A stretch of DNA of 58,988 nucleotides, taken from Steroidobacteraceae bacterium (GTDB lineage Bacteria; Pseudomonadota; Gammaproteobacteria; Steroidobacterales; Steroidobacteraceae). The DNA lies in NCBI GenBank assembly GCA_018059685.1, contig JAGOXN010000001.1:1-58988 (forward strand), written 5' to 3'. Below are positions 1-9,026 of the stretch, one piece after another. A program made the position numbers and the translations under genes. The notes below the pieces were generated by a model, which was given only the letters and a program-made list of their open reading frames with translations, made no database searches and was not told the DNA's origin. The stretch's first letter is position 1, and each line of letters starts with the position of its first letter.

Positions 1-23
1 TGGCGCGGGGTGAGGTCGTCCAT
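1..23 (-). CDS. lexA: LexA repressor, first 7 codons only (gene runs off the left edge)
   Basis: The reverse complement of 1..23 reads ATG GAC GAC CTC ACC CCG CGC CA = MDDLTPR(Q/H). This matches the conserved LexA N-terminus (M..LTPRQ). Two canonical SOS boxes lie 9-44 nt upstream. Only 7 codons are visible, so the call is tentative. Confidence 0.55.
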
Positions 24-31
24 GGCGATTC

Positions 32-47
32 CTGTATACACGTACAG
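32..47. promoter_or_regulatory. LexA (SOS) box 1, CTGTATACACGTACAG
   Basis: Perfect CTGT-N8-ACAG palindromic half-sites, read directly from the sequence. It lies immediately upstream of the putative lexA start at 23. Confidence 0.8.
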
Positions 48-50
48 CAA

Positions 51-66
51 CTGTATTTATATACAG
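51..66. promoter_or_regulatory. LexA (SOS) box 2, CTGTATTTATATACAG
   Basis: A second perfect CTGT-N8-ACAG motif, 3 nt from box 1. Tandem boxes are the classical arrangement at autoregulated lexA promoters. Confidence 0.8.
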
Positions 67-84
67 TTTACGACCTCAGGGCAA
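56..84 (-). promoter_or_regulatory. Candidate sigma-70 promoter for lexA (-35 TTGCCC, 17-nt spacer, -10 TATAAA)
   Basis: On the minus strand, TTGCCC is the reverse complement of 79..84 and TATAAA is the reverse complement of 56..61, separated by 17 nt. The -10 element lies inside SOS box 2. This is a motif match only. Confidence 0.35.
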
Positions 85-263
85 GTGCCGCGCAAGATTT
101 TCGCCAGGCTGCCGACTCCCTGGCCATGACGAGACAAGCCGCGCACCAATCGCGAGAACTCCATGCGGAACATCTGGTCCGGCATCCGGCGCTCTTCCCG
201 ATTTCCGCGCCGGGTGCCCGAAGTGCGCCTTCGTCCATCGCATGTCTGTCGCCGCACATCACA

Positions 264-292
264 ATGCCATCACGCAACCATGCCATCACGCA
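264..292 (+). repeat. 13-bp direct repeat ATGCCATCACGCA x2 with 16-bp periodicity
   Basis: ATGCCATCACGCA occurs at 264..276 and again at 280..292, in a stretch with no convincing gene. Confidence 0.6.
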
Positions 293-648
293 CGTGTGCC
301 GCGCCACGAGATCGCACAGACCCTCCGCATCATGCAAGCGACACCGCCGACGGCCCGCACATGTCAGTCGTGATGTTGATCGAATTCGCCGCGTCACCGC
401 CGCCTCGATGTGCGTCGACGCGCGAGTGATCTGCGTCCGATCGGGGCCGCGGCGCAAACTCACGCACCCGTCTCAGGAACACGTTGCAGCAGCCTGAATG
501 GGCCGCGAAAACGCGGCTTTATCAACCAATCCGGATCGGGTACCATGCGCCCGGTTCGGCTGTGGCCCGCACATGGATTCTGCGTCCAGATCGGTGCAGT
601 CGACGTCCGATGCTCGATTGAGTCTCAACCACCGAGGACTTACACCCA

Positions 649-969
649 ATGAAGACCGCGATCGTGAAGACCCTGACCGTCGGCGCCGCCGCCGTCATGC
701 TGGCCGTTGCTTCCGGCTGCAGCAACAAGGAACTGCTGGCCCGTATCGACGCTGCCGACGCTGCCGCCAAGGCCGCCGCGCAGGACGCCTCCGCCGCGAA
801 GTCGGCTGCCGAGGCCGCTGCTTCGAGCGCTTCGAGCGCCTCCAACGCCGCCAGCGCCGCGCAGAGCACGGCCAACCAGGCGCTCCAGGCTGCGCAGGGC
901 GCACAGGCCTGCTGCGACGCGACGAACGAGAAGATCGATCGCGCGTTCAAGAGGTCGATGGGCAAGTAA
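649..969 (+). CDS. Lpp/OprI-like alanine-zipper outer-membrane lipoprotein
   Basis: Signal peptide with lipobox (MLAVASGC). The mature part is an Ala-rich coiled-coil-type sequence. The C-terminus ends in Lys (..RSMGK), as in Braun lipoprotein and OprI. GAGGA lies 13 nt upstream of the ATG, and a strong terminator follows. Confidence 0.85.
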   Translation: MKTAIVKTLTVGAAAVMLAVASGCSNKELLARIDAADAAAKAAAQDASAAKSAAEAAASSASSASNAASAAQSTANQALQAAQGAQACCDATNEKIDRAFKRSMGK

Positions 970-999
970 TCGCCCGTTCGTTCGACCGTCGAACGAGAA

Positions 1000-1028
1000 C
1001 GCCGCGGCGAACCCGCGGCGTTTTTTTT
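1000..1028. terminator. Rho-independent, probably bidirectional terminator
   Basis: Stem CGCCGCGG (1000..1007), loop CGAAC, stem CCGCGGCG (1013..1020), followed by T8 (1021..1028). It sits between the convergent lpp-like and L,D-transpeptidase genes. Confidence 0.8.
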
Positions 1029-1033
1029 GGCCG

Positions 1034-2023
1034 TCAGTCGCGGGACGCGCGCACCGGCACGGAAAGTGCGACCGGTACGCCCGTCGCCTGCACGAAGGCC
1101 TGCTGCGCACCGCTCCAGTCGACCTGGACACCGTGCCCCGCGATCGCTGCGTTGATGAGGTTCGTCAGTTCCGCCGGGTCACCGTGGCGCGGGTCGTTCG
1201 TCCCCTCGAGCGGCGCGTGCCGCTCAACGTACAGCGTGCCGCGCTGCCAGCCGACCTTCGTCGTCTGGTCGACGAGATTCACCCGGGTGTTGACCGGGAC
1301 GTAGCGGTACAGCTCGGCAATGTCCTCGGGGAACATGCGGATGCAACCGTGCGTCACCTGCATGCCGACGCCCGCCGGACGATTCGTCCCGTGGATGAGG
1401 TACGCGCCGCCCGGGATGCCGAGCCGCATCGCGTGTTCGCCGAGCGGATTGTCGGGCCCCGGTGGGACCACCTTGGGCAGCGGGTCGCCGCGGGCCTCGT
1501 GCTCGGCGAGCACCGACGGCGGCGGATACCAGTTCGGGCGCTCCTGCTTCGAAACGATGCGGGTGATGCCGAGCGGGGTCTTCCAGTCCATCTTGCCGGT
1601 ACTGATCGGGTAGGTCCGTACCACGCGCGGTTCGCCCTGCTTCGCCGGCGGGTAGTAGTACAGCCTGTGCTCCGGGAGGTTCACTACCACGCCTTCGCGC
1701 GGCGCGTCCGGCAGGATGAAGCGGCTCGGGATCAGGATCTCCGTACCCGCGCCCGGCAGCCACGGATCGACGCCCGGGTTCGCGGCGATGATCTCCTCGT
1801 AACCGACGCCGTGTCGCCGTCCGATGTCGAGCAGCGTGTCTTCCTGCTCCGCGACCGCCGTCACGAGCATGCCGATGACGTTGTCGCCATTCGCGGGCAA
1901 CAGGTACTCCGCCGCGCCGCCGTGTGCGGTGGCGCCCGCGAGCAGTGCGGCGGCAGCGAGAAAACGGCGCAACGCTCGTGGGGTGGACAGGATCATGCGA
2001 GGCAACCTTTGACCGGGGCGCAC
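1034..2023 (-). CDS. L,D-transpeptidase (LysM + YkuD domains; ErfK/YbiS/YcfS/YnhG family)
   Basis: LysM-like segment (DTLLDIGRRHGVGYEEIIAANPGV..ILIP) and YkuD catalytic motif (IHGTN...THGCIRM). The signal peptide is clearer from the alternative ATG at 1996 (MILSTPRALRRFLAAAALLAG). Confidence 0.85.
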   Translation of the reverse strand: MRPGQRLPRMILSTPRALRRFLAAAALLAGATAHGGAAEYLLPANGDNVIGMLVTAVAEQEDTLLDIGRRHGVGYEEIIAANPGVDPWLPGAGTEILIPSRFILPDAPREGVVVNLPEHRLYYYPPAKQGEPRVVRTYPISTGKMDWKTPLGITRIVSKQERPNWYPPPSVLAEHEARGDPLPKVVPPGPDNPLGEHAMRLGIPGGAYLIHGTNRPAGVGMQVTHGCIRMFPEDIAELYRYVPVNTRVNLVDQTTKVGWQRGTLYVERHAPLEGTNDPRHGDPAELTNLINAAIAGHGVQVDWSGAQQAFVQATGVPVALSVPVRASRD

Positions 2024-2108
2024 ATTCTAAACGCATAGGACCACCCGCCTTGGACCTCGTTGACCGCGCGCGGGTTCCACCAGTAGCCTTGGGCCGCGGG
2101 GACTCCAA

Positions 2109-2651
2109 ATGACCTACAAGCTCACCATCGAACTCTCGGACCGTGACCTGCGTCACTTCCGCCGCGAATTGCGCCGCGCGCGCGAAGCGGTGGGCATCGC
2201 CGACGACGACGAAATCCTCGGGGCCGCGTCGGACCTCGTCGCGACGCTCAAGAAATCCGAACTGCCCGACTTCGTGATGGAGCGCCTCGGCAAGCTGCAG
2301 ATGCTGCTCGAGATGCTGACCGACGCGGACTGGGTGCTCGACGAGGCGGAGCGCAGCCCGGTGCTCGCCGCGCTCGCCTACGCCTGCGACCCGGAGGACA
2401 TCATTCCCGACGATATTCCCGGCATCGGGCTGCTCGACGACGCGGTGATGATCGAGCTCGTGTTCCGCGAGTTGCGGCACGAGATCGAGGCCTACGAGGA
2501 TTTCCGGCGTTTCCGCAAGTCGCTGCCGCGCGGGCGGTCGAAGGCCGCGGATGCCGAGTCGCGCGCCGCCCGCCTCGCGCGCCGGCGCGGACAACTCATG
2601 ACACGCATGCGGCGTCGGCGCTCGAACGAGCGTGCACGCGCGGGCAGCTGA
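2109..2651 (+). CDS. DUF1232 (YkvA-like) domain protein
   Basis: Characteristic motif DIIPDDIPGIGLLDD. The Arg-rich C-terminal tail has no obvious transmembrane helices. Confidence 0.6.
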   Translation: MTYKLTIELSDRDLRHFRRELRRAREAVGIADDDEILGAASDLVATLKKSELPDFVMERLGKLQMLLEMLTDADWVLDEAERSPVLAALAYACDPEDIIPDDIPGIGLLDDAVMIELVFRELRHEIEAYEDFRRFRKSLPRGRSKAADAESRAARLARRRGQLMTRMRRRRSNERARAGS

Positions 2652-2662
2652 CGGCAGCCGGC

Positions 2663-3670
2663 TCAGCCCGGCGGTGCGACGCGCGCCATCAGCTCGCCGA
2701 TCTGCGCCGGCACTCCCTTGCGGGCCTCGGTGATGGCCACGCGAACGGCATTACCGAAGGAGGTGCGGTCCGCCCCGCCGTGGCTCTTGATCACGACGCC
2801 GGCGAGACCCACCATGCTCGCGCCGTTGTAGGCCCGCGGATCGAGTCGCGCCTTGAGCGCGTTGAGCGCCGGCGTCGCGGCGAGCGCCGCCATCTTGCGC
2901 AGGCCGCCGCGCGTGAATTCCTCGCGCACGGCACCGCCGATGAACCGCGCGAGGCCCTCCATGGTCTTCAGTGCGACGTTGCCGGTGAAGCCATCCGTCA
3001 CGACCACGTCGATGTCGCCCGAGAAGATGTCGTCGCCCTCGACGAAACCGGCGTAGTTGATCGGCGCGCTGGCCAGCCGGCGATGCGCTTCGCGGATCTC
3101 GTCGGTGCCCTTGATGTCCTCTTCGCCGATGTTGAGCAGGCCGACGCGCGGGTTCTCGAATCCGTGCAGGTCTGCGGCGATGATCGATCCCATGACTGCG
3201 AACTGCACGAGGTGATCCGCCGTGCAGTCGGGATTCGCTCCGAGGTCGAGCATGACGGTGTGGCCGTGCGCCGCGGGGACGGCTGAGACGATGGCCGGGC
3301 GGTCGACGCCGGGGATCATGCCGAGGACGAAGCGGGCCGTCGCGAGCAGCGCTCCGGTGTTTCCGGCCGACACGCAGGCCATCGCCTCGCCATTCTTCAG
3401 CAGGTTGATGGCGACCCGCATGGACGAGTCCTTCTTGCGACGGACGGCGTCCTGCGGTCGCTCGTCCATGCCGACGACCTCGCTCGCCTCGACCACCGTG
3501 CAGCGCTCGCGGTCGCCACCGAGCAGCGGACGCAGGACGTCGCCCCGGCCGACGAGCTTCAGTTCGAGATCGGGCGTCGCAGCGAGGACGTCGAGCGCCG
3601 CCGGCACTGCGACTTCGGCGCCATGGTCGCCGCTCATGGCGTCCACGGCGATGATGAGCCCGGCGTTCAT
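2663..3670 (-). CDS. plsX: Phosphate acyltransferase PlsX
   Basis: Full-length PlsX-like sequence (IAVDAMSGDHG..., NIGEE, GFTGNVALK). It lies downstream of rpmF, as in other Proteobacteria. Confidence 0.93.
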   Translation of the reverse strand: MNAGLIIAVDAMSGDHGAEVAVPAALDVLAATPDLELKLVGRGDVLRPLLGGDRERCTVVEASEVVGMDERPQDAVRRKKDSSMRVAINLLKNGEAMACVSAGNTGALLATARFVLGMIPGVDRPAIVSAVPAAHGHTVMLDLGANPDCTADHLVQFAVMGSIIAADLHGFENPRVGLLNIGEEDIKGTDEIREAHRRLASAPINYAGFVEGDDIFSGDIDVVVTDGFTGNVALKTMEGLARFIGGAVREEFTRGGLRKMAALAATPALNALKARLDPRAYNGASMVGLAGVVIKSHGGADRTSFGNAVRVAITEARKGVPAQIGELMARVAPPG

Positions 3671-3692
3671 GCTCGGGCGCGGCGGACCAGGA

Positions 3693-3887
3693 CTACTCCT
3701 GGCCTTCCTCGGCCGCCGGCTTCTCGAGCACCTTCCTGCCGCGATAGAAGCCGTCGGGCGTGATGCGATGGCGCAGGTGCGTCTCTCCGCTCGTGCGGTC
3801 GACCGACAACGCCGGGCCGCTGAGCGCGTCGTGGGAACGGTGCATGCCTCGCTTCGAGGGACTCTTGCGGCTCTTCTGGACTGCCAT
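3693..3887 (-). CDS. rpmF: 50S ribosomal protein L32
   Basis: [22 protein letters not shown] is the canonical L32 N-terminus. Confidence 0.93.
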   Translation of the reverse strand: MAVQKSRKSPSKRGMHRSHDALSGPALSVDRTSGETHLRHRITPDGFYRGRKVLEKPAAEEGQE

Positions 3888-3907
3888 GATCTCTTCTCCT
3901 GTCGCGG

Positions 3908-4423
3908 TCAGTGGCTGCCCTGGTCGAGCAGGTCCCGCAGGTTCGCAAACGGTCTCTGTCTGTCATCGTGCCGCGTCGCGGCTTCCGCCTCGGTCGGTCG
4001 TCCCATGCCGCATTCCGCGACGTCCACGTGCATCGGCACGAGTGGCAGGCCGAGCAGCACCTGTTCCTCGATCAGCGCGCCGAGCGACAGGCGCTCCGCG
4101 TCTCCGAGCAGCGGCTCGTACCCGCCGGGTACCTCATCCTCGTCGCTCGCCACGACCGCGAGCGTCGTCGATTCGTCGATGCCGCACACGCACGGTCGCA
4201 GGCACCTCTGGCATGGCAGGACGACGACACCCTCGATCCGCACCGCCACGGTCGCATGGCCCGCGAACGAGTCGAACCCGAGCAACGCACGCACGCTCGT
4301 GCCCTCGAGGGCACCCGCGTCGGCCAGCCTCGGCAGCCGGTCGAGCTCCAATCGGCGCTCGACCGTGGCCGCGCGGCCTGCCAGCTCGACCGCGTTGACT
4401 TGATCGGCCAGGGCGGGCGACAT
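3908..4423 (-). CDS. yceD: YceD/DUF177 family (large-subunit rRNA accumulation protein)
   Basis: The size, acidic composition and CxxC...C pattern (PCQRCLRPC) fit YceD, as does the conserved position directly upstream of rpmF-plsX. Confidence 0.8.
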   Translation of the reverse strand: MSPALADQVNAVELAGRAATVERRLELDRLPRLADAGALEGTSVRALLGFDSFAGHATVAVRIEGVVVLPCQRCLRPCVCGIDESTTLAVVASDEDEVPGGYEPLLGDAERLSLGALIEEQVLLGLPLVPMHVDVAECGMGRPTEAEAATRHDDRQRPFANLRDLLDQGSH

Positions 4424-4520
4424 GGGCCGCGTATAATATTGACCGCTCCCCGGCGTGTCAAAGCAAACCTCGGCTTAAACCCTTGTTTTTCAAGGATCAG
4501 CGCATGGCCCGGAACGCCGC

Positions 4521-5114
4521 TTGAGCTCTTCCACCCCGACCCGCCTGGTCCTGGCCTCGACCTCGCGCTACCGACGCGAACTGCTCGGGCGGTTGCACGT
4601 TCCGTTCGAGTGCCTCGCGCCGGCGGTCGATGAGACCCCGCTGCCGCAGGAGCGGGCCCTGGACCTGTCCCGCCGGCTCGCGCGCCTGAAGGCCGAGAGC
4701 GTTGCGGCGGCACGTGTTGACGCGGTCGTCGTAGGCTCCGACCAGGTCGCCCTGCGCGGCCACGAGGTGCTCGGCAAGCCCGGTTCGGCTGAGCACTGCC
4801 GCGACCAGTTGCGCGCGTCGTCCGGCCGGGAAGTCGTGTTCCTCACGGCCGTGCACGTGGTCGAGGTGCATTCGGGTCGGGCCGAGTCACACGTCGACCG
4901 GACGCTGGTTCGATTCCGCACGCTGGCAGAAGGGGAAATCGAGCGCTATGTGGCGGCCGACCAGCCGCTCGATTGCGCGGGCGGCTTCAAGGCGGAGACG
5001 CTCGGCATCGCGCTGTTCGAATCGATCGAGACGACGGACCCGACGGCGCTCACCGGACTGCCACTCATCTGGCTCGCCGGCGCGCTGCGGCGCGCCGGCT
5101 TCCAGGTGCCTTGA
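4521..5114 (+). CDS. maf: Maf-like nucleoside triphosphate pyrophosphatase (YceF type)
   Basis: LVLASTSRYRRELL..., GSDQV, CAGGFK and GLPLI motifs. TTG start. Divergent from yceD, as in E. coli. Confidence 0.88.
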   Translation: MSSSTPTRLVLASTSRYRRELLGRLHVPFECLAPAVDETPLPQERALDLSRRLARLKAESVAAARVDAVVVGSDQVALRGHEVLGKPGSAEHCRDQLRASSGREVVFLTAVHVVEVHSGRAESHVDRTLVRFRTLAEGEIERYVAADQPLDCAGGFKAETLGIALFESIETTDPTALTGLPLIWLAGALRRAGFQVP

Positions 5115-6102
5115 GCAACTCATCGAGCACGCTGCGAAGGTCGTCACCGAGTGGGGCGCTCACCTGCAAGGGCTCGCGGGTCCCTGGCCGCGTCACGCCG
5201 ATCGATGCGGCATGCAGGAACATGCGGTGGAGGCCATAGGCGCGCAGCGCCGCGTTACGCTCGCGATCGCCGTACTTGTCGTCGCCTGCGACCGGGTGAC
5301 CGGCGTATGCGGCGTGTACCCGTATCTGGTGCGTCTTGCCGGTACCGATTTCCACCTCGAGCAGAGTCGCGGTCGGGCCGAAGAACTGCACGGGGCGGAA
5401 AGTGCTCACCGCCAGGTCGCCGTGGCTGCGAACGGCGACGTGGCGCTCGCCGCCGCGGCGCTCGCCGGTCGCGAGCGGCAACTCGATCCTCTTCTGGCCG
5501 AGGTTCCACCGGCCGCACACGAGCGCGAGATAACGCTTCTCGACGCGCCCTTCGCGCAACTGGGCGTGCAGGTCGCGCAGGGCCGCACGCCGCTTCGCAA
5601 CGACCAGGCACCCGCTCGTGTCGCGGTCGAGCCGATGCACGAGATCCAGCTCCTGTAGCTCCGGCCTGACGGCCCGCAATACTTCGATGACGCCGTGGCT
5701 GGTGCCGCTGCCTCCATGGACCGCCACTCCCGCCGGCTTGTTCAGGACCATCAGGTCCGCGTCTTCATGGATGATCGCGTCGGTGAGCAGGGCCTGCAGG
5801 GAGGCGCTCGGCGGCCGTGCCGTCGCACGGCCTGCGGCTTCCGGCTGCCGGACCGGGGGCAGCCGAATCCGGTCGCCGGCCGCAACCCGCTGGTCGGGGC
5901 TGGCCCGCCGGCTGTTCACCCGGACCTCCCCCTTGCGCAGCAGCCGGTACACGTGGGTACGCGGGACACCCTTCAGGACGCGCACGAGAAAGTTGTCGAG
6001 GCGCTGGCCGGCATCACCCTCACCGGCTTCGACGTATCGCACGCCGGCCCGGGACGCGCGCTCGGACGGCGCCTCGGTGTGCAGAATTTCTTCGTAAGCC
6101 AT
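5065..6102 (-). CDS. rluC: 23S rRNA pseudouridine synthase RluC
   Basis: S4 domain followed by the RluA-family core (HRLDRDTSGCLV, GKTHQIRVH). Divergent from rne, as in E. coli and Pseudomonas. The 3' end overlaps the maf 3' end by 50 nt (convergent). Confidence 0.9.
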   Translation of the reverse strand: MAYEEILHTEAPSERASRAGVRYVEAGEGDAGQRLDNFLVRVLKGVPRTHVYRLLRKGEVRVNSRRASPDQRVAAGDRIRLPPVRQPEAAGRATARPPSASLQALLTDAIIHEDADLMVLNKPAGVAVHGGSGTSHGVIEVLRAVRPELQELDLVHRLDRDTSGCLVVAKRRAALRDLHAQLREGRVEKRYLALVCGRWNLGQKRIELPLATGERRGGERHVAVRSHGDLAVSTFRPVQFFGPTATLLEVEIGTGKTHQIRVHAAYAGHPVAGDDKYGDRERNAALRAYGLHRMFLHAASIGVTRPGTREPLQVSAPLGDDLRSVLDELLKAPGSRRAAARRRAR

Positions 6103-6489
6103 TGATTGTCCGACCTTCGATTGCTACAGTCCGGGTCGAAGCGCTCGGGCCCGCTGCTCACACATGCGGCAGGCCGGGTGCGGAATGAGCGTCGCGGGTC
6201 CGGCACCGCCAGAGGTACGGGCCGCACGCATCTTAGTTGGTTCTGAGACACCAGACCATCGAACTGCCGTGAACACGCGCAGGTGCCGCAGCCCCGGCGG
6301 GCGGCGGGCCCAGGCGCGCTCCCGGCGGGAACGATGCCACAACGCACCAGGATTCGGTCAGGCTCCGCGCGACCGCGCGCAGCCGCAAACACAGCCGCAT
6401 GATCGACGCCGCTGCCAGACCTCTCCGCAACGCCACGGCACCACCCGTCCGACCGTTCACGGCCCTTGTCACCATTTCTGTGAGGGCCG
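6103..6489 (+). promoter_or_regulatory. Long rne leader / divergent rluC-rne control region
   Basis: A 387-bp gap with no convincing ORF, GC-rich inverted repeats, and GAGGG 5 nt upstream of the rne ATG. E. coli rne has a long autoregulatory 5' UTR in the same position; that the function is the same here is an inference. Confidence 0.4.
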
Positions 6490-9012
6490 ATGAAAAGAAT
6501 GCTCGTCAACGCAACCCAGGAAGAGGAGTTGCGCGTAGCGCTGGTCGACGGCCAGCGGATCTATGACCTCGACATAGAAATCCCGTCCCGGGAAACCAAG
6601 AAAGCCAACGTCTACAAGGGCCGGATCACACGCGTCGAGCCGAGCCTCGAAGCGGCCTTCGTCGATTACGGCGCCGAGCGACACGGCTTCCTGCCGCTCA
6701 AGGAAGTCTCGCGCGACTATTTCAAGGCGCAGGACAGCGAAGGCGGCGGTCGCCCCGGCATCCGCGACCTCATCCAGGAAGGCCAGGAACTCATCGTCCA
6801 GGTCGAGAAGGAAGAGCGCGGCAACAAGGGCGCCGCACTCACGACCTTCGTGAGCCTGGCCGGTCGTTTCCTGGTCCTGATGCCGAACAATCCCCGTGCG
6901 GGAGGCGTATCCCGCCGCATCGAGGGTGACGACCGCGACCAGCTGCGCGAGGCCATGGACAGCCTGCAGATCCCGGACGGCATGGGCGCCATCGTCCGCA
7001 CCGCGGGGGTCGGCCGCACGGCCGGGGAACTGCAGTGGGACGTCAACAACCTGGTCGACATCTGGAACGCAGTCCGCAACGCCTCGGACGGCCGCCCCGC
7101 CCCGTTCCTGATCTACCAGGAGAGCAAGGCGATCCTGCGGGCGCTGCGCGACTACCTCGCCGACGACATCGGCGAGATCCTGGTCGACAAGCAGGAGATC
7201 CACGCCGAGGCGCAGGACTACATGCAGCGGTTCATGCCGGGGAACCTGCGCAAGCTCAAGTTCTACGACGACCACGTCCCGCTCTTCACGCGCTACCAGA
7301 TCGAGAGCCAGATCGAGTCGGCGTATTCCCACAAGGTCCACCTGCCGTCGGGCGGCAGCATCGTCATCGACCACACCGAGGCGCTGGTCTCGATCGACAT
7401 CAACTCCGCCCGCAGCACGCGCGGCACGGACATCGAGACCACCGCCTGCAACACCAATCTCGAGGCGGCGGACGAGATTGCCCGCCAGATGCGCCTGCGG
7501 GACGTCGGCGGCCTGATCGTCATCGACTTCATCGACATGGAGTCGCAGAAGAACCAGCGTGCCGTCGAGGATCGCCTGCGCGAAGCGGTGAAGCAGGATC
7601 GCGCCCGCATCCAGATCGGTCGCATCTCGCGCTTCGGGCTGCTCGAGCTCTCGCGCCAGCGCCTGCGCCCGTCGATCAGCGAGTCGACCAACATCGTCTG
7701 CCCGCGCTGCAGCGGCATGGGCGTGATCCGCAGCGTCGAGTCGCTGGCGCTCGCAATCCTGCGCCTCATCGGCGAGGAAGCGCGCAAGGACCGCACGGCC
7801 AAGGTCATTGCCCAGTTGCCGGTCGACGTCGCCACCTACCTGATGAACGAGAAACGCGAGTGGCTCCACAGCATCGAGACGCGCAGCGAGGTGGACGTGA
7901 TCCTCGTCCCGAACCGCTACCTCGAGACGCCGGCCTACGAGCTGCGCCGCGTACGCGACGACGAAGTCGGACTCGCCGAATTCTCGGTCATCAGCCACGA
8001 GATGGTCGCGAAGCCGCAGGTGGACCTCGATGCGATTGCCGCCGAGGAAAAGGCACCGCCTCCGCCTCCCGTGCCTGCGGTCACGACGGTCGTGCCGAGC
8101 ACTCCGGCGCCACCGGCCGCGCCGGAGCCCGTCGCTGCCGCGGCGATCGCGGCGGCTCCGCCCGTTGCCCCGCCGCAGTTCGGACCGCGCGACGGTGCCC
8201 TGGTGCGCTTCTGGCGCTGGCTGTTTGGCGACAAGCGTGCTCCGGAGCCGCAGCCGGCCAGGCCGCCAGGCGAGCGGCATCGCGAGCAGGATCGCGACCG
8301 TCACCGCATGCGCGACCGCGACGAGCGACACGGACATCGCGGGGAGGCGCGTGGCCCGCGGCGTGACCGCGATGATCGCAGTCGCGGCGACCGTAGGCCG
8401 GACCGCAAGGACGGCGACCGAAGACCCGAGCGCCGCGAAGAATCACAGCGAGCAGAGCGGCGCGACGAACGGGGTCGGCGCCCGGCGGAGCAGCAGGTGC
8501 GCGGCAGCGAGCGGGAGCGCCGGCCCGAGGGACCTCAAGGGCCGAAATCGCCGCAGCAGCCGGGCGCGCAGTCGCCACAGGCACGAGCGGAACGCGCGCC
8601 GGAGCCGCAGGCACCACAACTGCAGGGCGCTCCCGCATCCCAGGAGGCCCAGCGGCCCGCGGAGTTCGGCGAGCGCATGGACGGCGAGCGTGGCGGCCGT
8701 CGCTCGCGGCGTGGCGGACGCCGCCGTCGCCGCGAACCCGGTGACGGCATTGGGCGCGACCAGCGCGGCGAGGAGCGACCGGGTGAGCCTGGCCGCGCCC
8801 TGCCGGTTGCGGCGGGGGCGGGCCTCATGCAGCCCGAGTCGAGGTCGTTCGATTTCGAGCCGGCCGCGGACCGCGGTGACGAACGCGCTGGCGATCGTCC
8901 GCCGGTCGGTGTGGCGTCACAACCAGGCCCGCGGCCAGTTCACGACGTGCAGGAATGGACGCCCGCACCGCCGAGCGACGCGACGCGTGAAGGACCGCGC
9001 AGCGACCCATGA
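6490..9012 (+). CDS. rne: Ribonuclease E
   Basis: N-terminal catalytic half begins [21 protein letters not shown] and includes S1, DNase-I-like and Zn-link (CPRCSG) segments. It is followed by a Pro/Ala-rich and then Arg/Asp/Glu-rich low-complexity scaffold half. Confidence 0.95.
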   Translation: MKRMLVNATQEEELRVALVDGQRIYDLDIEIPSRETKKANVYKGRITRVEPSLEAAFVDYGAERHGFLPLKEVSRDYFKAQDSEGGGRPGIRDLIQEGQELIVQVEKEERGNKGAALTTFVSLAGRFLVLMPNNPRAGGVSRRIEGDDRDQLREAMDSLQIPDGMGAIVRTAGVGRTAGELQWDVNNLVDIWNAVRNASDGRPAPFLIYQESKAILRALRDYLADDIGEILVDKQEIHAEAQDYMQRFMPGNLRKLKFYDDHVPLFTRYQIESQIESAYSHKVHLPSGGSIVIDHTEALVSIDINSARSTRGTDIETTACNTNLEAADEIARQMRLRDVGGLIVIDFIDMESQKNQRAVEDRLREAVKQDRARIQIGRISRFGLLELSRQRLRPSISESTNIVCPRCSGMGVIRSVESLALAILRLIGEEARKDRTAKVIAQLPVDVATYLMNEKREWLHSIETRSEVDVILVPNRYLETPAYELRRVRDDEVGLAEFSVISHEMVAKPQVDLDAIAAEEKAPPPPPVPAVTTVVPSTPAPPAAPEPVAAAAIAAAPPVAPPQFGPRDGALVRFWRWLFGDKRAPEPQPARPPGERHREQDRDRHRMRDRDERHGHRGEARGPRRDRDDRSRGDRRPDRKDGDRRPERREESQRAERRDERGRRPAEQQVRGSERERRPEGPQGPKSPQQPGAQSPQARAERAPEPQAPQLQGAPASQEAQRPAEFGERMDGERGGRRSRRGGRRRRREPGDGIGRDQRGEERPGEPGRALPVAAGAGLMQPESRSFDFEPAADRGDERAGDRPPVGVASQPGPRPVHDVQEWTPAPPSDATREGPRSDP

Positions 9013-9026
9013 CCGCAGCGCACGGC

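Noticed and set aside
57-185. A 42-codon minus-strand ORF (MPDQMFRMEFSRLVRGLSRHGQGVGSLAKILRGTCPEVVNCI) upstream of lexA, whose TAA stop lies inside SOS box 2.
   Set aside because: It has no recognisable family and no obvious RBS. It would have to be transcribed through the lexA promoter. It is mentioned only as a possibility inside the 67..648 finding.
4907-4917. GGTTCGATTCC, which resembles a tRNA T-loop.
   Set aside because: The flanking bases do not form a T-stem (GCTGG versus CCGCA is not complementary). No acceptor or anticodon arms can be drawn. The motif lies inside the well-supported maf coding sequence.
6164-6493. ORFs of 72-109 aa inside the rluC/rne intergenic region.
   Set aside because: Their sequences are Arg/Pro-rich with no motifs and poor codon bias. 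The region is better explained as the rne leader.
8230-8760. Repetitive-looking DNA (reiterated CGCGAC/CGGCG/GACCG units) that might suggest a tandem repeat or CRISPR-like array.
   Set aside because: It lies in frame within rne and encodes the Arg/Asp/Glu-rich degradosome scaffold region. There are no regularly spaced identical repeats or spacers.
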